From an uncultured delta proteobacterium (GTDB lineage Bacteria; Desulfobacterota; Binatia; JACPRU01), in assembly GCA_963745025.1 (NCBI GenBank), contig CAVUWD010000013.1, positions 288,001-352,000 of the forward strand: 64,000 nt of DNA. Direction: 5' to 3'. The notes beneath the pieces are model-generated. The model did not search any database and was not told the origin of the DNA. It saw only the letters and a list, made by a program, of their open reading frames with translations. Made by a program: the position numbers and the translations under genes. Of this stretch, positions 10,996 to 19,383 are shown in pieces (the first letter of the stretch is position 1; each line of letters begins with the position of its first letter).

Positions 10996-11061
10996 GTCTA
11001 CGGTGTAGCGCTCGTTAGCGAACGGCAAGAATTTGACGAATCTCGTGCCGAAGTGGTATGG

Positions 11062-12876
11062 TTATTCCTCCTCCTCGGTGGTGTCGGCCTGCTCTTGGCT
11101 AGAGGGCAAGCTCTTCGACGGCGTCGGGGCGTCGCCGTCCGCGGCTGCCGTGAGAGTGGCGCCGGGCCTGATCTGCACCAGGACGAGCCGGTCGCGGCCT
11201 TTCGGGCCGGTGCCCTCGCTCCTGTGGAGGAACTGAAGCTCGCCCTTCCGTGCGGCCGGGAGAGAGTCCCATTGACTCTCCCACAGGAGCGCGTAGCTCC
11301 GCTGCCCGGCCGGCACCGAATCGCCGACGCTCTCCTCGAGTGGCGGGATGCGCCGCCGCGCGTAGAAGACCGCGCCGTAGTCGAAGGCGCGAAAGAAGAA
11401 GAGGCGATCCCTCTCGCCGACCTCGCTGCGCACGATCTCCATGAAGGGCTTGAAGCTCCGCCCGCGGGCGAGCTCCGGGTGCAGCACGCCGTTGACCAAG
11501 GCGAACGTGCTGGCGACGAAGGCGACGACGCAGGCGAACACGGTGCCCCAGCGACCGCGGTTGGCGCCGCGTGCCAGGAGCCCCATTAGCGGCAGCAGCA
11601 CCGCCCCCCAGACCAGGAAGACGGCGAAGCGCGAGCGGAGAAGGTCCTGGAAGAGGGGGACGTTCTCCCGGTCCTTGGGATGGAGGAGGGGCTTCAGCCA
11701 TTCGAGCGGGTCGGCGCCGAGAGCCGAGGCGAGGAGCAGGGCGACGACCAAGACGACCAGTCCGGCGAGCAGCCAGCAACCGAAGCGCAAGACACGCGCG
11801 ACGAGCGGCGGCATCGGCACCGAGCCCTCGACCACGCCGCTCCACCAGCGGCCGAGCAGCAGGGCCGCCGCCGGATAGAGCGGCAGCAGGTAGACCGTGC
11901 GCTTGCTCTGCGAGATCGAGTAGAAGACGAACACGACGCCGAACCAGACGAGCAAGTACAGAGAGCCCTCCATCTCGAGGCGTCGTCGCTCGCCCCAGAG
12001 ATGAATGGCCACCGGGATGACGAAGAAGCTCCACGGCGCGAAGCCTGTGAAGAAGCCGCCGATGAGGTAGTAGAAGGAATGCACGTGGCCGGCGCCGCTC
12101 GCGTCGGCAGCGAAGAAGCGGCCGACGTTCTCGACGAAGAGCTGCTTGTAGACGAAGGCTTCGCCGCCCTTGACGATCGCCGCAACGTACCACGAGCCGG
12201 CGATGACCAGCGTCAACGCGCCCCCGGCCAGCGGGCGCATGCGCCGCAGCCGCCCGAGGTCTCGGCGCACCGCCAAGAAGACCAAGGCCACCAGTGCCGG
12301 CAGCAAGATGCCCACCGGACCTTTGCCGAGCGCGGCGAATCCCATGCAGGCGTATAACGCCAGCAGCGCACGCGGCGACGGAGCGGGCATCGACACGACT
12401 CGATCGAGAGCCACGAAGGCGCCGATCAGGAAGGCGGTGAGCGACATGTCGACTCGCGCCGTGGTCGCCGCCCTCATCCACTCGAAATTGGTCGCCAGCA
12501 CGAAGGCGGCGAAGACCCCCGCAGAGGTTCCCCATTTTACCAAACCCAGCCAGAAGACCAGCAGTACCGACAGCGTCGCCAGCAAGGCCGAAGGGAAGCG
12601 GATCGAGAACTCGTCCACGTGTCCGGTGATGAAGGAAGTCACGCCGCCGAGCCAGTGGAAGAGCGGCGGTTTGGAAGGCACCTCGCGGCCGTTGCGCATC
12701 GGCAGGACCCACTCGCCGGAATGCACTTCCTCCCAGACCTGCACCGCCTCGCGCGGCTCGCCCTTGGTGTAAAAGGGGATGCGCCCGAGGCCAAAGAAGG
12801 AGAGGAAGAGCGTGAAGAGGAGGACGGTGGCCGCCCACGGCAGGGGCTTTGAGGAGATCACTCGTGAACTTCCCAT
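11062..12876 (-). CDS. ArnT/PMT family (GT39/GT83) membrane glycosyltransferase
   Basis: GEPREA, SKPPLFHWL, RFPSAL, ARVDM, GKGPVG, SKRTVYLLPLYPA; many TM helices. Confidence 0.88.
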   Translation of the reverse strand: MGSSRVISSKPLPWAATVLLFTLFLSFFGLGRIPFYTKGEPREAVQVWEEVHSGEWVLPMRNGREVPSKPPLFHWLGGVTSFITGHVDEFSIRFPSALLATLSVLLVFWLGLVKWGTSAGVFAAFVLATNFEWMRAATTARVDMSLTAFLIGAFVALDRVVSMPAPSPRALLALYACMGFAALGKGPVGILLPALVALVFLAVRRDLGRLRRMRPLAGGALTLVIAGSWYVAAIVKGGEAFVYKQLFVENVGRFFAADASGAGHVHSFYYLIGGFFTGFAPWSFFVIPVAIHLWGERRRLEMEGSLYLLVWFGVVFVFYSISQSKRTVYLLPLYPAAALLLGRWWSGVVEGSVPMPPLVARVLRFGCWLLAGLVVLVVALLLASALGADPLEWLKPLLHPKDRENVPLFQDLLRSRFAVFLVWGAVLLPLMGLLARGANRGRWGTVFACVVAFVASTFALVNGVLHPELARGRSFKPFMEIVRSEVGERDRLFFFRAFDYGAVFYARRRIPPLEESVGDSVPAGQRSYALLWESQWDSLPAARKGELQFLHRSEGTGPKGRDRLVLVQIRPGATLTAAADGDAPTPSKSLPSSQEQADTTEEEE

Positions 12877-12887
12877 CGATGGAAAAG

Positions 12888-13031
12888 CTACTCGAGTCCA
12901 ATGAGGGCGATCCGGACGATCCCGTTTCCCGGCCGCGATCCCGAGCGGCGAAGTTCGGCAAGATTCAGGAAGCCGAGAATCAGATCGAGGGCCACGAGAA
13001 TCCACGGGATCACCAAAGCGGCGACCACCAT
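12888..13031 (-). CDS. Possible small single-TM peptide (47 aa)
   Basis: MVVAALVIPWILVALDLILGFL hydrophobic stretch; purine-rich GGAGG just upstream; co-oriented with its neighbours. Confidence 0.25.
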   Translation of the reverse strand: MVVAALVIPWILVALDLILGFLNLAELRRSGSRPGNGIVRIALIGLE

Positions 13032-13050
13032 CCTCCGGGGTCCTCTTCCT

Positions 13051-14010
13051 CTATGGCGCCGTCGGCGCCGTCGCCGACGACGGCTCGCCAGGCCCGCCAC
13101 CCGCGAGCTCGCCCAGCGATTCGGCGGCGACATCACGGACGTCCTCGTCCTCGTCGGAGAGAGCCCCGCGCAACGCCTGGATCACTTCCGGCCCGCCGAT
13201 CCGTCCGAGGGCGTAGACGGCGCTCTCGCGGACGTCGGGCGATTTGTCTTCGAGGGAGGTTTTCAAGGCATCGACGCTTTGCAAGCTGGCGATCTGTCCA
13301 AGAGCGTCGGCCGCGCTCTCGCGCACGTCCTCGTCCTCGTCCTGGGTGAGCGCGCGGGAGAGAAGCCCGACGGCGGCCTCGTCTCTGGCGTCTCCGAGAG
13401 TATCGATGGCTCGCTCGCGGACATCTGGCTCCGGATCCCGCATGGCCGCCAGCAAGGCGTCTCGCGCGCTGGTATCCCTGGAGTCGGCGAGCGCGTCCAC
13501 GGCCTGCGAGCGTTCTTGGTAGTCGTCCGCCGAGCGGGCCCTGCGGATGCTCGCCTCGAGGCCGCCCTCGGCCTCGGCGGCAGCGTCGCGCCCGGCGCCG
13601 GTTCCCGCGCTCGTGGCGAAGATCCAGACGCGGACGAGGCGTCTCGGGTTGTCCGGCTCGCCCTTCGATCCGGCATAGAGCAAGCCCACGTTCGCGCCGC
13701 GAAACAGTCTTCGCAGCGCCTGCTCGGTGGGAACCGCCTCGAACGTGTCGGTCACGGTGGGCGGCATGGGCCCCTGAACCTCGAACTCGGCGTTCGTGGC
13801 ACGGTGGAGCTCACGGAGCACCGAGTTCAAGGGCGCTTCGCGGAACCGAACGCTCAGGCGCTCGTCCCGTATCTCGACGGCCGCACCCGCCGAGTCATCG
13901 GCGACGCTCGATGGCGGCGGTGAGGAATGAGAATCGGCGCCCGACGAGCCCGCGATCACGACGATGCCGGCGAGCGCGGAAGACGCAACGATCGCGAAGA
14001 AACCCTTCAC
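13051..14010 (-). CDS. Exported HEAT-repeat protein with an N-terminal STN/secretin-N0-like segment
   Basis: Signal peptide; repeated DEDEDVRESAADALG units; LSVRFREAPLNSVLREL...EQALRRL segment. Confidence 0.75.
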   Translation of the reverse strand: MKGFFAIVASSALAGIVVIAGSSGADSHSSPPPSSVADDSAGAAVEIRDERLSVRFREAPLNSVLRELHRATNAEFEVQGPMPPTVTDTFEAVPTEQALRRLFRGANVGLLYAGSKGEPDNPRRLVRVWIFATSAGTGAGRDAAAEAEGGLEASIRRARSADDYQERSQAVDALADSRDTSARDALLAAMRDPEPDVRERAIDTLGDARDEAAVGLLSRALTQDEDEDVRESAADALGQIASLQSVDALKTSLEDKSPDVRESAVYALGRIGGPEVIQALRGALSDEDEDVRDVAAESLGELAGGGPGEPSSATAPTAP

Positions 14011-14163
14011 TAACCGAAACCTATACGCCCTTCACTGGCGCTTGGCGAGCCTTGGTGGACCCCAAGCCTCGACCCATGATCCTAGCAGGATTTCGAGGCC
14101 TAATTTATCCGGTTACCCGTCCAGAAGACGGAGGAAGAGAACGATCGGAAACAGAGCGGCGTT

Positions 14164-14548
14164 TCAGTAGCTGATCCAGACGATCTCGAATCCCTTCGCT
14201 TGGAGAAGCGCCCGCACCTCGCCGCGCGTGAATCGACCTGCGGTGGGGGATCGCCGCCTCGACGCTCGAGCGTTGCTCGTTCCACCCGTACTCGCGGAGC
14301 CGCCGATGCCGCAGGCTGCGAGCGCGAGTCGCACAGCGTCGGTCCCAGACGCCACGCCCACGGCCCAGCGAGTTCCGAGCCAGGCAGCGAACTCCTCCTC
14401 GAACGCGGCGACGTTCTCGCCAGGACGTAGCGGCCGCGCTCGAGCACGAGAGCGATCGCCGCATCGATCTCCCGGCGGTGGGCGACGTAGCTGCGGCGCG
14501 GGTCGGCCTGAGCTGAGGGATGAGTTCGCGCGGCGGCACGCGGGTCAC
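14164..14548 (-). pseudogene. DegT/DnrJ/EryC1/StrS aminotransferase N-terminal remnant joined to an unrelated, methyltransferase-like fragment
   Basis: Across frames: ADPRRSY..HRREIDAAIALVLERGRYVL / GENVAAFEEEFAAWLG..AVGVASGTDAVRLALAACGIG, then RFTRGEVRALLQAKGFEIVWISY*. Confidence 0.75.
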
Positions 14549-15537
14549 GGCCAGTAGTGTTCGCCGTGCTCGCGGAAGTAGGCCAGCGTTCTCGCGAGCC
14601 CCTGCGCGAGACCGACCGTCGGTCTCCAGCCGAGGACGCTGCGGATCCGGCCGCAGTCGGCGTAGTAGTCGCCGATGTCGATCGCCTTCCGGTCCTCGGG
14701 AAAGGGCACGATCCGGGACTCGCCGCCGCCGTTGAGCTCGATCAGCAGGGAGGCCAGCTCGGCCAGCGAGATCCGCTCCTCCCCACCCAGATTGAACACC
14801 AGCCCGTCGCTCCGCGGACTCGCGCCGGCGGAGAGAAGGGCGTCCACCGCGTCGTCTACGTAGTTGAAGTCGCGAACCAGGCGGCCGTCGCCGTAGACGT
14901 CGATCGGCGCGCCCTCGATGAGCCGGCGGATCCAGATCCCGAGGACGTTCTGCCTGGCGTCCCGGGTGCGCATCGCCGGTCCATAGGTGTTGGTGAGGCG
15001 AAGCGCACAGGCGCGAATCCCGTGCACGCGGTTGTAGAGGATGTGGTACGACTCGCCCGCGAGCTTGTTGATCCCATTCACGTCCGTCGGCCGGAGCGGA
15101 TGCTTCTCGTCTACGGGCAGGTAGTTTGGAGCGCCATAGATCTGCCGCGTGCTCGCGAACACGATCTTGATCCGCAGGTTCTCCCGGCGGCAGGCCTCGA
15201 GGATCGAGAGCTGGGCCCGGCAGTTGATCTCGAGATCGGTAAGGGGGTCGGTCATCGAATCGAGGTGGCTCGTCTGCCCGGCGAGGTTGAACATGTAGTC
15301 ATGGCCGCGCACGAGATACTTCATGCTGTGCTCATCGCGCACGTCGGCGATGTTGAGCCGAACCCGGTCCTCGATCCCGGAAAGGTTGAAGAGGTTTCCG
15401 CCGTACTCCGGGATGAGCGAGTCGACGATCGTCACCCTGGCGCCGAGTTCCAAGAGCCGGCGTGCCAGGTGGGAGCCGATGAAACCCGCGCCGCCGGTGA
15501 TGAGCACGCTCCGCTCGCCATAGGCCTCTGCGCTCAA
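14545..15537 (-). CDS. NAD-dependent epimerase/dehydratase (extended SDR)
   Basis: TGGAGFIGS, FNLAGQ, FASTRQIYG, LRLTNTYGP, RDFNYVDD; TTG start overlaps the GT2 stop. Confidence 0.9.
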   Translation of the reverse strand: MSAEAYGERSVLITGGAGFIGSHLARRLLELGARVTIVDSLIPEYGGNLFNLSGIEDRVRLNIADVRDEHSMKYLVRGHDYMFNLAGQTSHLDSMTDPLTDLEINCRAQLSILEACRRENLRIKIVFASTRQIYGAPNYLPVDEKHPLRPTDVNGINKLAGESYHILYNRVHGIRACALRLTNTYGPAMRTRDARQNVLGIWIRRLIEGAPIDVYGDGRLVRDFNYVDDAVDALLSAGASPRSDGLVFNLGGEERISLAELASLLIELNGGGESRIVPFPEDRKAIDIGDYYADCGRIRSVLGWRPTVGLAQGLARTLAYFREHGEHYWP

Positions 15538-16553
15538 CCGGCGCTCCTCAAGCGCGCCGCCCCACTCGGTGCTGCGACGGCGGATCCGGCTGGCGCCGCC
15601 GCCCCGTTCCTGACCAGCGTCTTCAGCACGCCCTGCGGCATGCCGTTGGCCGTGAGCAGCACGCGCCCGACATACTCGCCGATCGTTCCCATCAGCACGA
15701 GCTGCATACCCGAGAAGATCACCAGCGCGGTCATCAGCGACGACCAGCCGACGGCGTTGTTGGGCCAGAAAATCTTCTCGATCAGCACCTCGATGCCGAG
15801 CAGGCCCCCGAGCGCGGCCATGCCCAGGCCGAGGACGACGGTGATCCGCAGGGGAAGGATGGAGGAGCTGGTCGTCATGTTGAGCCATACGGCTACGAGC
15901 TTCGCCAGATTGTAGCCCGAGGTGTCGACCGCCCGCGGCTCGTGGCGAACGACCACCGAAGAGATCGAGTTCGTAGTGCGGAACACCAGGCTGTCCACGT
16001 AAGGAAAGGGACCCTGATAGCGGGTGATCTCGTCAACCAGAAAGCGCGACAGGCTGCGGAAGGTGGAGAGGTAGAAGTCGCGGGGTTTCCCGAGCAGCAG
16101 GGTTGCCACGCGATCGTTGAAACGGCTACCGAGGTTACGAAACCAGGGATGCTCCTTGCGCTCGAAGCGCGCGTAAACGGCGTCGAAGCCGCGCATTGTC
16201 TCGGAGACGAGCTTCTCCACCTCTTCCGGCGGGTTTTGCAGGTCGTCGTCCATGGTGACGACGACGTCGCCGGTGGCGAGGCGGAGCCCGGTCATCACCG
16301 TGTTGTGCTCGCCGAAGTTCCGGGCCATGGCTGCGTATACGACCGTCCGCGGGTACCGCTGCGCGAGCTCGAGGCACGCCCGCTCGCTCGCGTCCGGGCT
16401 CGCGTCGTTCACCAGCACGATCTCGAGCGGGTACTTCGGGGCTAGCGCAGCGATCAGACGGTCCACGAGTGCGCCAACCGTCGCCTCCCCGCGGTAGACG
16501 GGGATGACGACCGACAGCTTCGGGACCTGCTCCTGCTGCACGATCGCTTCCAT
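15534..16553 (-). CDS. GT2 undecaprenyl-phosphate glycosyltransferase (ArnC/GtrB-like)
   Basis: SVVIPVY, VNDASPD, RNFGEH, TMDDDLQNPPE, two C-terminal TM helices with GEYVGR. Confidence 0.9.
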   Translation of the reverse strand: MEAIVQQEQVPKLSVVIPVYRGEATVGALVDRLIAALAPKYPLEIVLVNDASPDASERACLELAQRYPRTVVYAAMARNFGEHNTVMTGLRLATGDVVVTMDDDLQNPPEEVEKLVSETMRGFDAVYARFERKEHPWFRNLGSRFNDRVATLLLGKPRDFYLSTFRSLSRFLVDEITRYQGPFPYVDSLVFRTTNSISSVVVRHEPRAVDTSGYNLAKLVAVWLNMTTSSSILPLRITVVLGLGMAALGGLLGIEVLIEKIFWPNNAVGWSSLMTALVIFSGMQLVLMGTIGEYVGRVLLTANGMPQGVLKTLVRNGAAAPAGSAVAAPSGAARLRSAG

Positions 16554-16711
16554 CCGAGTTTCGGAAGGGGTCACTGCACGCGTGGAACCTCTAGAGATGG
16601 CTGCCGGCGATGTCAAGGCAGTCGCAGGCAGTCGCCGAGCCGTGACCGGCGACTGGAGAACGCTCAACTTCTGGGTCTCCCGGGTCGGCTGGATTGACCC
16701 ATGAGCGGAGC

Positions 16712-16756
16712 ATCGCGGCGATCGGCTGCCCGATCGTTGGCGACGGGAAGTACGGC
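16712..16756 (+). pseudogene. Tiny RluA-family pseudouridine synthase motif remnant
   Basis: IAAIGCPIVGDGKYG matches the (H)LAxIGxPIxGDxxYG motif; no flanking homology visible. Confidence 0.4.
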
Positions 16757-16854
16757 GCCGCGGCCGGTGCGAACTCTCGCGCCGCTCGGTGGGGTTCTGC
16801 GACGCGGAGGAATTCCGCCGGCGGCTCGCGACCGACTGAGGAGATCCGCTGGGG

Positions 16855-17262
16855 TCAGCGACCCGAGCTCCGCCCGCGGTCGCGTCGCTCCTCCCGGTTC
16901 ATGTCGCTCCAGCGCCGGCGCAGCTTATCGCGCTCGTCGCTCGGCAGCTCGCGCCAGCGTTGCCAGTTCTGCATCACCCGGTCGCGCTCCGCGGGCGGCA
17001 TCTGCTCAAGCCGGTCCAGGTGGTCGAGAAGCCGCGTCCGCTGCTCGGGAGGCATCCGTCCCAGGCGGTCGTGAGCGCGGCCGAGCTGGCGCCGGCGCTC
17101 CTCGGGGAGGTCGTTCCAGCGCCGTAGGTCGCGGAGGTCGTCGAGCGGCCTGTCCGACGACGAGACGAGCCGAAAGCTCCGCCGGTCCCGGGCGCCGGCG
17201 CCGGGCGCGGTGGCGAGGAGGCCCACGACCACGAGGACGCCGAGGAAGATCCGGCGGTTCAT
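16855..17262 (-). CDS. DUF3106-like exported helical repeat protein
   Basis: Signal peptide, WxxLPxEERxxL repeats, position after the anti-sigma gene. Confidence 0.7.
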   Translation of the reverse strand: MNRRIFLGVLVVVGLLATAPGAGARDRRSFRLVSSSDRPLDDLRDLRRWNDLPEERRRQLGRAHDRLGRMPPEQRTRLLDHLDRLEQMPPAERDRVMQNWQRWRELPSDERDKLRRRWSDMNREERRDRGRSSGR

Positions 17263-17266
17263 GGCT

Positions 17267-17797
17267 TCACCCCGCCGCCATCACCCGGTCGAGGTCCCGG
17301 ATCACCTCGAAGTCCTCGAGGAGGTCGAGATCCTCGTCGGCCGCGTCCTCGCTCGGCACTCCGCTCTGCGGGGAAGCGACGTTAGGCGGAGCGACGCGCG
17401 GAGTCGCACCCCGGCGCGCGAGACGCGCCGCGCCCGGCTCCTCGCCCGGCGTTCCCTCGGGCGGTCCGGAACGGAGCGCCACGACGAGCACGAGCGCGGC
17501 AAGCGCGAACGCCGCCGCGGCCGGGATGAGCCGCGACCACGCCGAGCCCGGAGAGGCGTCCCCCCGCCGCGCCTCGAGCTTCGTCCGGAGCTCGGCCCGG
17601 TAGCGGCGCCAGTCGATCTCGGGCGGTTCGGGCATCGCCTCGCGGAGCTCGCCGAGAAGCCGGCGGAGCGCCGCGGCCTCGCTTCGGCACTCGACGCACG
17701 AGACGACGTGTCGCTCAGTACTCTCTCGCTCCTCGCTCGAGAGCTCACCGCGGAGCAGCGGGACGAGGAGCGTCTTCGGATGAGTTGCGGTCGTCAT
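17267..17797 (-). CDS. Zinc-finger (zf-HC2) transmembrane anti-sigma factor
   Basis: HVVSCVEC (HxxxCxxC) motif, single TM, C-terminal DLDLLEDFEVIRDLD. Confidence 0.85.
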   Translation of the reverse strand: MTTATHPKTLLVPLLRGELSSEERESTERHVVSCVECRSEAAALRRLLGELREAMPEPPEIDWRRYRAELRTKLEARRGDASPGSAWSRLIPAAAAFALAALVLVVALRSGPPEGTPGEEPGAARLARRGATPRVAPPNVASPQSGVPSEDAADEDLDLLEDFEVIRDLDRVMAAG

Positions 17798-18399
17798 GCT
17801 TCACCAGCTAGCCGCCGGCGCAGCGCCGAAAGCGCCCGATGCAGGTGCACGCGCGCAGTCGCCTCGGAGCAACCTAGCACGGCCGCCACCTCCGCGCCCG
17901 AGAGGTCCTCCTGGACGGTGAGAACGAGCGCGGCGCGCTGCTGCGCCGAGAGTTCCCGGGCCGCTTCCCAGACGCGCTCGACGAGTCGCTTCCTGCCGAG
18001 GGCGTCCGCGGGGTCCGCGGCGCTCGTCGCGATCGCCTCCGCCGGCACGGCCGCCGCGCCCTCGGCCGCGGAGCGCCGCCACGCCCACCACCAGCGCTCG
18101 CGCCGCCTCCGGTCCAGGCAGAGGTTGACGAGGAGGCGGTGGAACCAGGTCGTGAAGCGCGCCCGGCCATCGAACTGCCCGGCGCGCTCGAAGAGGCGAA
18201 GGAAGGCCTCCTGCGAGACCTCGCGCGCCTCTTCGGCGTCGAGCAGCACGGTCCATGCGATCCGGTGCGCGCGCTCCTGGTGCCGACGCACGAGCTCCTC
18301 GAATGCGGCGCCGTCCCGCGCCGCTGCGCGCTTGCAGAGCTCCTCGTCCGATGGTCCCTCTCCGAAAGCAGCCGCCGCGCTCGCATCGTCCGATCCCAT
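17794..18399 (-). CDS. ECF RNA polymerase sigma-70 factor
   Basis: AFEELVRRHQ, EVSQEAFLRL, FTTWFHRLLVNLCLD; region 4 EVAAVLGCSEATARVHLHRA. Confidence 0.92.
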   Translation of the reverse strand: MGSDDASAAAAFGEGPSDEELCKRAAARDGAAFEELVRRHQERAHRIAWTVLLDAEEAREVSQEAFLRLFERAGQFDGRARFTTWFHRLLVNLCLDRRRRERWWWAWRRSAAEGAAAVPAEAIATSAADPADALGRKRLVERVWEAARELSAQQRAALVLTVQEDLSGAEVAAVLGCSEATARVHLHRALSALRRRLAGEA

Positions 18400-18477
18400 G
18401 CCACCCCTGTGAACACACGCGCCGCGAGGACGGCGCGCGCCACCGGAGCGACGCGCGCCGCGTCTGGCCGGGAGGTC

Positions 18478-19002
18478 CTAGGCATTGGGGCGGTGGAAGC
18501 GACGGAACCGGTTGTAATCACCTTGGTAAACGCGGTTCTGGGAGAAGCGGTAATAGGGCCGGTTGTGCCAGCGCTGGCCGACGTCGCGGCGATCGCCGCG
18601 CAGGTCCCGCCGGTCCTGGCGGTACTCCCGCCGATCGCTCCGGAGATCGACCCGATCACCCCTCAGCTCGTGCCAGTTGCCGTGCTGGGGATCGTAGGTG
18701 CGGTCTCGCCGATCATCCCACAACTCGCGGCGATCGCCGCGCAGGTCCCGCCGGTCCTGGCGGTACTCCCGCCGGTCGCTCCGGAGATCGACCCGATCAC
18801 CCCTCAGCTCGTGCCAGTTGCCGTGCTGGGGATCGTAGGTGCGGTCTCGCCGATCATCCCACAACTCGCGGCGATCGCCGCGCAGGTCCTGCCGGTCCTG
18901 GCGGAGCTCCCGCCGGTCGCTCCGGAGCTCTCCGGCCATCGCGGGGGCCGCGAGCGAGACGCAGAGCGCACCCCCGAGCAGCAAACTCCTCATTCGGTCC
19001 AT
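18478..19002 (-). CDS. Secreted Arg/Asp-rich heptad-repeat protein
   Basis: GGAGG RBS, signal peptide (..SLAAPAMA), DRRELRx heptads and a 47-aa internal duplication. Confidence 0.75.
   Translation of the reverse strand: MDRMRSLLLGGALCVSLAAPAMAGELRSDRRELRQDRQDLRGDRRELWDDRRDRTYDPQHGNWHELRGDRVDLRSDRREYRQDRRDLRGDRRELWDDRRDRTYDPQHGNWHELRGDRVDLRSDRREYRQDRRDLRGDRRDVGQRWHNRPYYRFSQNRVYQGDYNRFRRFHRPNA
18584..18930. repeat. 141-bp tandem repeat (about 2.4 copies) within the secreted repeat protein gene
   Basis: Near-identical units start at 18584, 18725 and 18866. Confidence 0.92.
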
Positions 19003-19046
19003 GATCCTTCCTCCTTTCGGCGGCTTCGCGCCGCGCATCCGGCCCG

Positions 19047-19077
19047 TACGACGGGGGCAGCGTGTGCGTCGTTTACA
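19047..19077 (-). promoter_or_regulatory. Candidate ECF sigma promoter TGTAAAC-N17-CGTCGTA
   Basis: Minus strand reads tgtaaac gacgcacacgctgcccc cgtcgta about 45 nt upstream of the ATG at 19002; fits the general AAC...CGT ECF pattern. Confidence 0.55.
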
Positions 19078-19383
19078 CGGGGCGCAACCGTTGAACTTGA
19101 TGGGCAGTTTAGAGTCCCGCGGGAGGAAACGGTGAGCGCACACACGACCGGGACAGTCGTCCTTCAGGGCTAGACGCAAGCTCCGGCCGGCGCCAATTCG
19201 GCATACCCGTCGTCGCGCTCGTGATCGAGCCGCTCGCCAGCCGACAATCACTCCGTTCCACAGGAACAGCAGCAGGCAGAGCGAAGACAGCGCGATCGCG
19301 TCGGCGGGCGAGACTCCGCGGCTGGCATGGAGCCGGGTCGCTTGATCCCGCGGGGGTGCTCTTCTAGAGCTTGTCCGGCGAAG

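Noticed and set aside
18584-18930. Possible CRISPR array
   Set aside because: Contiguous 141-bp in-frame coding units with no unique spacers, and no cas genes
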